39,370 bases of DNA, from assembly GCA_017961065.1 (NCBI GenBank), contig JAGCXZ010000166.1:1-39370 (forward strand). The letters are read 5' to 3'. Position numbers and translations under genes: made by a program. Below, piece by piece: positions 28,819-34,363 of this stretch. The notes under the pieces are model-generated. The model was not told where the DNA came from and did no database searches. It was given only the letters and a program-made list of their open reading frames with translations. How positions within the stretch are numbered: position 1 is the stretch's first letter; each line of letters starts with the position of its first letter. The stretch comes from Lachnospiraceae bacterium. Lineage in GTDB: Bacteria; Bacillota; Clostridia; Lachnospirales; Lachnospiraceae.

Positions 28819-29844
28819 ATGAGCGAGCAAAAGAACTGGTATTATTTATCCGACACAAATGAACAGGTAGGGCCCTTTTCAGAATCCCAAATCCCGCAGT
28901 TAGTTGCCTCCGGTGCGATAAACGGCCTGACCAGGGTTTGGACGCTCGGAATGAATGGCTGGATCATGCTGAAACACTCACCGTTAAATCAGCTCATGAG
29001 CGTTGAGCCTACAGTTCCCACGCCCGTCATGCAAAATCAGAAAAAAGCACCTACTGGTTTATGGATCGCTCTGGGTGTTTCATTGACCATCATCCTTGCA
29101 ATGGCGGCACTGATCGCCTTCCTGTTCCTGCGCACCTCCAAAGCGCAAATAGAGGGACCCGGGTTTGATTCTCCCAAGGCCGCCGCAGAAGCTTTTTCCA
29201 AAGCATACAGCGAGAAAGATATCGACGGCATGTATGCGGCATGTGCCCTGGAAAGCTACGTGAAACACTTTGATCTGGAGAAGTACATTGAGAACATGCA
29301 GGCATATACCCCGGCGAAATACTACATGTTCGGTAACAGCGATGCAACTGCTACTATGAATGAACACCTTCGGGAATGGGAACTCACCCGGTCATTTTAC
29401 AATCTCTATGAAACTCCTCTCTGGAATCGTTCGGATTATTCGGATCAGCGCGGTATGTCTCTCAATTTGGAAAAAACCGGAATGCAAGCAATAACCGATC
29501 TGCTAAAAGGCGTTGACGCACTTAATACGATCGAAGTGAAGAGAGTGGAAACCGTTTCCGAATTCTGTGAAGAAACCGGGCAGCTTTCCCTGGAAGAAAA
29601 CTTCATGGGTGATGCAAACCAAAATCGTCTGTCCAAATGGAAAGAAATGTATGGCGGCGAAGTCGTAGACATGGCTGTTTCGATGAACATAGACGGAGAT
29701 CATTATTATCTGTTCCTGCAAGCGATCTCTTATGACAACGATAAATGGTATGTGTTTAACACACACGGCATGCTTGCATCCCTGCTCGGATTGGATGCTA
29801 ATTCCGGCGGGCTGTGTCTGACATCGGAACCGGGGGCGAACTGA
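28819..29844 (+). CDS. GYF_2 (DUF4339)-domain membrane protein
   Basis: GGAGG RBS. N-terminal WYYLSDTNEQVGPFSESQIPQLVASGAINGLTRVWTLGMNGWIML is GYF_2-like. One TM helix, then a ~230-aa external domain. Confidence 0.7.
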   Translation: MSEQKNWYYLSDTNEQVGPFSESQIPQLVASGAINGLTRVWTLGMNGWIMLKHSPLNQLMSVEPTVPTPVMQNQKKAPTGLWIALGVSLTIILAMAALIAFLFLRTSKAQIEGPGFDSPKAAAEAFSKAYSEKDIDGMYAACALESYVKHFDLEKYIENMQAYTPAKYYMFGNSDATATMNEHLREWELTRSFYNLYETPLWNRSDYSDQRGMSLNLEKTGMQAITDLLKGVDALNTIEVKRVETVSEFCEETGQLSLEENFMGDANQNRLSKWKEMYGGEVVDMAVSMNIDGDHYYLFLQAISYDNDKWYVFNTHGMLASLLGLDANSGGLCLTSEPGAN

Positions 29845-29877
29845 TGTCTTTTTTGTCTTCGGCCTCAGAGACTGGTT

Positions 29878-30285
29878 TTATTCTCTTGCCAAAAACTCTG
29901 CCGGAGCAAACGCAAGCACTTCGCTTTTTTTGAAATCTTTCACATTTCTCGTGATGATATGATCTGCATGGATTCGCCTGGCAGTAACGGCCTGTACTGC
30001 ATCCTCAAAATCATCCCACTTCAGTTCTGCAGCTGAATTGATATCGGATGCGGTCAGATCTGCAAGCGAAAAGATCAAGGATAGTTTTTTTATCACTTCC
30101 TCTGTCTTCTCAGGGCTCAGTTCTTTTCGCATGACATAAACCAAATTTGCAAATGTTAGAGCAGAAACATATCCTTCCGCCCGCTCTGTTTCACACATTT
30201 TCCAAATCTTTGCCGAATCTTCGTAATGCGGTTCTCTTTTCTGGAGGACATCGAGAAGAATGTTTCCGTCAATCAGTAATTTCAT
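29878..30285 (-). CDS. PIN-domain toxin (VapC-like) of a type II toxin-antitoxin pair
   Basis: MKLLIDGNILLDVL (Asp6), FEDAVQAV, IITRNVKDF. Overlaps the upstream antitoxin gene by 17 nt. Confidence 0.88.
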   Translation of the reverse strand: MKLLIDGNILLDVLQKREPHYEDSAKIWKMCETERAEGYVSALTFANLVYVMRKELSPEKTEEVIKKLSLIFSLADLTASDINSAAELKWDDFEDAVQAVTARRIHADHIITRNVKDFKKSEVLAFAPAEFLARE

Positions 30286-30517
30286 ATCTCTCCTTTAGTT
30301 CTTTCTCCTTCGCCTGGTCTATGTCCGTATCTCCTTTAAGGATTCCGGTAAGAGAATCCGTCAGATATGACACGGCTGCTGCTCGAGGTATAAACCGCCC
30401 TACTTCTTTGCCGTTTTTCGTAACGATAACTTCGCTGCCGCTCTGCACCAAAGCAAGATACCGGCCGAAGTTATTCTGCATCTCTGTTGCTGTAGCAGTT
30501 GCTGTATTTCCAATCAT
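30269..30517 (-). CDS. Phd/YefM-family antitoxin
   Basis: ATEMQNNFGRYLALVQSGSEVIVTKNGKEVGRFIP is a typical Phd/YefM N-terminal fold. GGAGGTG RBS. Confidence 0.85.
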   Translation of the reverse strand: MIGNTATATATEMQNNFGRYLALVQSGSEVIVTKNGKEVGRFIPRAAAVSYLTDSLTGILKGDTDIDQAKEKELKERYEITD

Positions 30518-30537
30518 GGTATCACCTCCGACTTTTA

Positions 30538-30577
30538 TTAGCTAATTTTATTATATCATTTTTTAGCTAATATGCAA
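30538..30577 (-). promoter_or_regulatory. Promoter (minus-sense TTGCAT-16-TATAAT) bracketed by two TTAGCTAA palindromes, the likely Phd/PIN autoregulatory operators
   Basis: TTAGCTAA at 30538..30545 and 30563..30570. -10 (plus-strand attata) at 30550..30555 and -35 (plus-strand atgcaa) at 30572..30577. Confidence 0.55.
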
Positions 30578-30612
30578 GTGTGACCGGATCTTGCTTAAAC
30601 CATGCGTTAAAC

Positions 30613-30643
30613 AAAAAAGGATCCGGAATTCCGGTTCCTTTTT
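30613..30643. terminator. Bidirectional terminator hairpin at the left end of repeat copy A
   Basis: AAAAAA-AAGGATCCGG-AATT-CCGGTTCCTT-TTT. Confidence 0.7.
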
Positions 30644-30822
30644 ACAGGGCTAGGAGGGCGCTAAACGTCCAGTGGACGTTTGTTAAGCGCCGACCGGAGC
30701 AGCGCGAAGAACGAACCTCCAAATGACGGAGTCAGAGAACCTTGCCTGTTGCCCTGAACATATTGTATTTATCATGCTTTTCAGCATTTCACGTTTTTTG
30801 ATTGACCTATGAATTGACCTAT
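30613..30822 (-). repeat. Copy A of a ~210-bp structured repeat, a candidate sRNA or 3'-UTR element ending in a rho-independent terminator
   Basis: About 95% identical by eye to 31754..31965. Nested stems CAGGGC/GCCCTG, GGAG/CTCC, GGCGCT/AGCGCC and AAACGTCC/GGACGTTT. Tandem ATTGACCTAT direct repeat at the right end. Confidence 0.85.
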
Positions 30823-30953
30823 CTTTTTTTCGAAATTTCTGTATAAATCGCTTCACTCTACTTATCGCAATCCAAACGCATCCTCAACGATTCTATCCAG
30901 ATATTCCTTCTTGGAAAAATCACTTCCGTCTGCAAAAAAAGCATTATATGCAA

Positions 30954-31127
30954 CTAATTCGCTGTCTCCTTCATCTTGTATTTCTTATCCAGATATTTCT
31001 TTGCATCTTCAAAAGTTATTTCACCATTCTTTTCCTTCTCTATATACTTTTTGAAATCCTCTGTTGGCTCTAGCCCATCGACCTTGATCATTCCGATGGC
31101 ATAGTCCCATGCCTGTGAATTTGTCAT
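30954..31127 (-). CDS. VbhA-like antitoxin-domain protein (57 aa), with no Fic partner in view
   Basis: AGGAGG plus a 7-nt spacer before ATG at 31127. AWDYAIGMIKVDGLEPTEDFKKYIEKEKNGEITFEDAKKYL matches the VbhA pattern (..EGLEPS.E......G.I....). Own promoter TTGAAG-18-TATAAT (plus-strand 31176..31205). Confidence 0.7.
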   Translation of the reverse strand: MTNSQAWDYAIGMIKVDGLEPTEDFKKYIEKEKNGEITFEDAKKYLDKKYKMKETAN

Positions 31128-31243
31128 ATGTCGACCTCCTATCATCGTTATCTGATACTCCATATTTGCGTTTATATTATACTCTCTTTTATTGCTGTGC
31201 TTCAATATCGTTTAATCATACTTTAAAAAGAAGAACAGGCTTT

Positions 31244-31678
31244 CTAAAGGTTCACAGTTTCTGAATCCAAATACACGTGCCTAAGATTATTATTCATACA
31301 GATAGCCTTGGAATCATCACAAAGATAATAACTCCATATAAGCACAAGCCGCATCATAAAATAAAAATAGCCCCAAAAATGCTTATATCCACAGTAAGCA
31401 CATCTATATGCAGCATACATATATACCAGTCCGGCGTCACTTAAACACTCATCAAATATTAAATTATTGTCCCTGATACCATGCGAAACCAGATAACTCT
31501 TGGCTTTTCTTATGGATAATTCATAGGAATACAAACTCATATATTCTGCAATCTTTTCTTCCGGCATCTGTTTCCTGACTTTTTCTATCCCTCTTGGGAT
31601 ATAGTATTCTTTCATCCTCCTTGCCATCTCCTTCTTTTTGAAATAGTCTTCATCATCTTTACTTTTTACTGTTCTCAC
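31244..31678 (-). CDS. Hypothetical protein, aromatic/Cys-rich (start uncertain: GTG 31678, ATG 31627 or ATG 31615)
   Basis: ORF downstream of an extended -10 TGGTACAAT (plus-strand 31725..31733). No family recognised. The segment DECLSDAGLVYMYAAYRCAYCGYKHFWGYFYFMMRLVLIW is faintly reminiscent of sigma-70 region 2. Confidence 0.45.
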   Translation of the reverse strand: MRTVKSKDDEDYFKKKEMARRMKEYYIPRGIEKVRKQMPEEKIAEYMSLYSYELSIRKAKSYLVSHGIRDNNLIFDECLSDAGLVYMYAAYRCAYCGYKHFWGYFYFMMRLVLIWSYYLCDDSKAICMNNNLRHVYLDSETVNL

Positions 31679-31753
31679 AATGCTAAAGTTCCTTTTTCCA
31701 ACGAATACTTTCCTGCAAATTGGAATTGTACCACATAAGATCATAAATGATAT

Positions 31754-31786
31754 AAAAAAAAGGAACCGACTCACCGGTTCCTTTTT
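31754..31786. terminator. Bidirectional terminator hairpin at the left end of repeat copy B
   Basis: A run, then AAGGAACCG-ACTCAC-CGGTTCCTT followed by TTT. Confidence 0.7.
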
Positions 31787-31965
31787 ACAGGGCTAGGAGG
31801 GCGCTGAACGTCCGGCGGACGTTCGTTAAGCGCCGACCGAAGCAGCGCGGAGACCGAACCTCCAAATGACAGAGTCAGAGAACCTTGCCTGTTGCCCTGA
31901 ACATATTGTATTTATCATGCTTTTCAGCATTTCATGTTTTTGGATTGACCTATGAATTGACCTAT
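31754..31965 (-). repeat. Copy B of the ~210-bp structured repeat, starting 11 nt after the HEPN stop codon
   Basis: Aligns with 30613..30822 with about ten substitutions. The inner stem becomes GAACGTCC/GGACGTTC, a compensatory double change relative to copy A. Confidence 0.85.
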
Positions 31966-31975
31966 TTTCAAAGTG

Positions 31976-32410
31976 TTATCTATATCCTTCCTTAACCAGA
32001 TCGGCATACCATTGATCAGCCTCTTCATAGCATCTCTTCAATGTATCTATTCTTACCACAAGATGAAGATCATAACGTCCGGTTGCTTCCCAGCGTGTTA
32101 TTATGTCTTTATTCTTATCAATATAAGATGGCATATTAATTGCAATGCCTAGAGAGTTTGCATAAACAAGCAAATCTTTAATGGAATGCTTATACATACG
32201 TGCGTTGTCGATCTTCTTTCCGGAAGCATATATCTGAATCTTGACCATCTTTTCGCACGCTTGCTGCAGATGATAAGCACCCTGACCCTTGATTGACTTT
32301 GACATTCTGGCAGAGGCCTTTTCGGCCTGCTCGATGGAGTACTTTGACAAGAGCAGATCAGCCTTTACTTGCGTCATTGAAAGAATATCATTTACATTAG
32401 TGACGGGCAT
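31976..32410 (-). CDS. HEPN-domain protein (partner of the minimal nucleotidyltransferase)
   Basis: YHLQQACEKMVKIQIY...YKHSIKDLL is a typical HEPN helix pattern. Overlaps the upstream MNT gene by 14 nt. Confidence 0.78.
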   Translation of the reverse strand: MPVTNVNDILSMTQVKADLLLSKYSIEQAEKASARMSKSIKGQGAYHLQQACEKMVKIQIYASGKKIDNARMYKHSIKDLLVYANSLGIAINMPSYIDKNKDIITRWEATGRYDLHLVVRIDTLKRCYEEADQWYADLVKEGYR

Positions 32411-32765
32411 AAATCAGTTCTCCATTTTCTATATCATCCATAATCAATCCTCTATATTGTTTACCGGAAACAAAGTATAAAAGATCATATGATTGTCCGG
32501 AATCGTCAAAAGAATATATCTGGCTGGTAAACCTGTCATATTTCTTTGATCTTAATGCCCTGTACTCTGTCTGATTGCCAAAGATCGCAAGGTCAATATC
32601 CGACTCCTCTTTACAGCTGTCTCTCACACTAGAGCCAAAAAGAACTATCCTGTCAATAAGATCACATTGACTGGCAGCATCAACAATATTTCTTATGTAT
32701 TTTTTCTTGATATCGGCAACTCTGATATTTCTGTCACCGATTTTCATTTTAACAACTTTACACAT
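32397..32765 (-). CDS. Minimal nucleotidyltransferase (MNT) domain protein
   Basis: Polymerase-beta-type NTase motif IVLFGSSVRDSCKEESDIDLAIFG. Confidence 0.85.
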   Translation of the reverse strand: MCKVVKMKIGDRNIRVADIKKKYIRNIVDAASQCDLIDRIVLFGSSVRDSCKEESDIDLAIFGNQTEYRALRSKKYDRFTSQIYSFDDSGQSYDLLYFVSGKQYRGLIMDDIENGELIYARH

Positions 32766-32807
32766 CTCATATATCCCTTAAACAGGCATCTTCTCCATAT
32801 AATCATA

Positions 32808-32827
32808 TTACTATTTGCAAATAGTAA
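32808..32827. promoter_or_regulatory. Perfect 20-bp palindrome, candidate operator of the MNT/HEPN operon
   Basis: TTACTATTTGCAAATAGTAA lies ~45 nt upstream of the MNT start, adjacent to AT-rich -10-like hexamers. Confidence 0.5.
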
Positions 32828-32918
32828 ACGCAAGCGTTATCACGCAACAGTAATGCCGGCCCCACCTTATGGCGAAGCCGGCACATCATATGAAAAGAGA
32901 GTATTGAATGATTTTTCT

Positions 32919-34232
32919 TTATACCGCTTCCTGCTCCGCAAACAGTCTCTCCATCTGCTCCTCGCTCAATTCCTCATGATATTCCTTTCTCTCCATAAAT
33001 CGCTTCTCATGAAGCTTATCCATATATTTCTTATGTTCCATCTGCCTTTTGTGCAAAGCGTCCACAGCTGCCTTTTCATCCGCTTTTCTCTTCCTTGCCC
33101 TTGCTTCCTGCCGCCGTCTTTCTTCCTGTCTCCTAGCGGCATTGCTTTGGCTTCGGTCGTCTGACGTTCTAATTTCCATAGTTGTATCATCACCGCTGAC
33201 CTTTATACCCTGACCATTTTGTTTCATGGACAGGTCTACATGCTGTATTGCACCTGCTCCTCCGCTTTCACGAAGAAAAACTCCCGTGGATCTGATCACT
33301 CCATCCCTGAAACCATCCGCTCCGCCAAGCGAAAACTCCGTCTGCTGTTCTCCAAGATATATGGCACCGATATCCGCTTCCTTCAGATCCATGAGTACAT
33401 CCTTTCCATTCTCATCCTTGCACCACACCTTAAGTTTTGAGAAGATCTCGTCGTTCTCATCGATCCATCCGTTACCGTCACTGTCATATTCGCGAAGCTC
33501 GCCAAATCCGTCACCGCTCTTTGTTCCAAACAGTTCGTTGCCGTCATCTATTTTTCCGTTCCCGTCCTTATCCAAAGCAAGAAATCCCGACCCCTTGCCA
33601 AGCATGGATATTTCATCCTCGATCCCGTCAGCATCAAGGTCAAACTTAAAAGTCTGATCCCGCACGTCCGCTGTGTTTGATCCTATGTTGACAATAAGCG
33701 GATCAAACAGCGCATCGGCCATAGTCGGAACACTCACGTTCATATATTCCATGTAGCTCCTGCTCATCAGGATATTCACGTTAAAATCGATCGTCCTTCC
33801 ATCCTCGGTACATGCTCTTCCGCAAGCATGAAATCCCATCTCTTCGACCTCTGAGTAAGTGACCATGCTCGAAGAATATCCGCCAATACCTGCTCCACCC
33901 ATCATTCCAAAAGATGCAAATCTCTTAAACATCGCGGCCAAGGTGTTGTTTTGAAAAGCCGATGCACTTGCTCCTGTTCCATACAAGCTTCCGGAAGTTA
34001 TTTTTCCAAGCCCCTTGAAATATCCGATATCATCCATATTGTACGCACCCATCCCATTGTTATTCTTACCGGATTGATACGTGTCCCTTGTAAGGGCAGT
34101 ATCTTTATTGGTTCCGTACCTATTGATCATTCCCATAAAACTGCTTTGATATCCGGCCAATCTGTTAGTTATTCCGGTCTGCGTATAGTTTCTTCCCGAT
34201 AACATGTTTACTGTGCTGTCTGCTATTCTCAT
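32919..34232 (-). CDS. 437-aa protein with EF-hand-like DxDxDG calcium-binding repeats and a highly charged coiled-coil tail; no signal peptide
   Basis: GGAGG RBS. FDLDADGIEDEIS, LDKDGNGKIDDGNELFG and YDSDGNGWIDENDEIF repeats. C-terminus RRQEERRRQEARARKRKADEKA. Gly/Ser/Asn-rich N-terminus. Confidence 0.75.
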   Translation of the reverse strand: MRIADSTVNMLSGRNYTQTGITNRLAGYQSSFMGMINRYGTNKDTALTRDTYQSGKNNNGMGAYNMDDIGYFKGLGKITSGSLYGTGASASAFQNNTLAAMFKRFASFGMMGGAGIGGYSSSMVTYSEVEEMGFHACGRACTEDGRTIDFNVNILMSRSYMEYMNVSVPTMADALFDPLIVNIGSNTADVRDQTFKFDLDADGIEDEISMLGKGSGFLALDKDGNGKIDDGNELFGTKSGDGFGELREYDSDGNGWIDENDEIFSKLKVWCKDENGKDVLMDLKEADIGAIYLGEQQTEFSLGGADGFRDGVIRSTGVFLRESGGAGAIQHVDLSMKQNGQGIKVSGDDTTMEIRTSDDRSQSNAARRQEERRRQEARARKRKADEKAAVDALHKRQMEHKKYMDKLHEKRFMERKEYHEELSEEQMERLFAEQEAV

Positions 34233-34264
34233 GTTTCTACCTCCAGTTATTTGTTGTTTTCAAT

Positions 34265-34301
34265 AAAAAACTGCGTCCAAAGTTCAATCCTTTGAACGCA
34301 G
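34265..34301 (-). terminator. Strong intrinsic terminator between the 729-aa and 437-aa genes
   Basis: Minus-sense CTGCGTTCAAAG-GATTGAA-CTTTGGACGCAG (12 bp, one G-U pair) followed by TTTTTT. Only ~32 nt (34233..34264) separate the T run from the 437-aa start codon. Confidence 0.8.
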
Positions 34302-34363
34302 CAACCTTCCTTAGCTTTTATTATGATTTTTAACAGTATTATGTCTCAGATCTCTGTGAGGTT

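Noticed and set aside
30645-30700. Integron attC-like site: GTTAAGC fits the GTTRRRY core, inside an imperfect hairpin with a bulge, between promoter-bearing TA cassettes
   Set aside because: No IntI-type integrase or attI lies in the window. The required inverse core (RYYYAAC) on the same strand does not fit (GCTAAAC). The hairpin is ~40 nt, shorter than known attC sites. The conserved unit is ~210 bp and includes a terminator and promoter-like part. I keep it only as a remote alternative under the repeat finding.
30652-30720. tRNA-like element: GGAGG...CCTCC encloses ~69 nt with a GGTTCG on the minus strand
   Set aside because: The interior folds as one long bulged hairpin, not a cloverleaf. 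There is no D-arm or anticodon arm and no T-loop consensus (GTTCGAATC).
30723-30812. 29-codon + strand ORF inside the repeat (MTESENLACCPEHIVFIMLFSISRFLIDL; also present in copy B) as a possible type I toxin; also a 30-codon minus-strand ORF (MINTICSGQQARF...)
   Set aside because: Neither ORF has a Shine-Dalgarno sequence. The hydrophobic stretch is too short for a TM helix. No + strand promoter follows the terminator hairpin. Substitutions between copies are not biased toward synonymous changes (1 synonymous, 2 non-synonymous; and 2 and 2). An RNA-level explanation fits better.
30613-31965. Possible CRISPR array or att-site duplication, because of two near-identical direct repeats
   Set aside because: There are only two copies, each ~210 bp, and they are 1.14 kb apart with two genes between them, which is not CRISPR geometry. 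At ~95% rather than 100% identity, and with a compensatory stem change, they do not look like freshly duplicated attL/attR sites.
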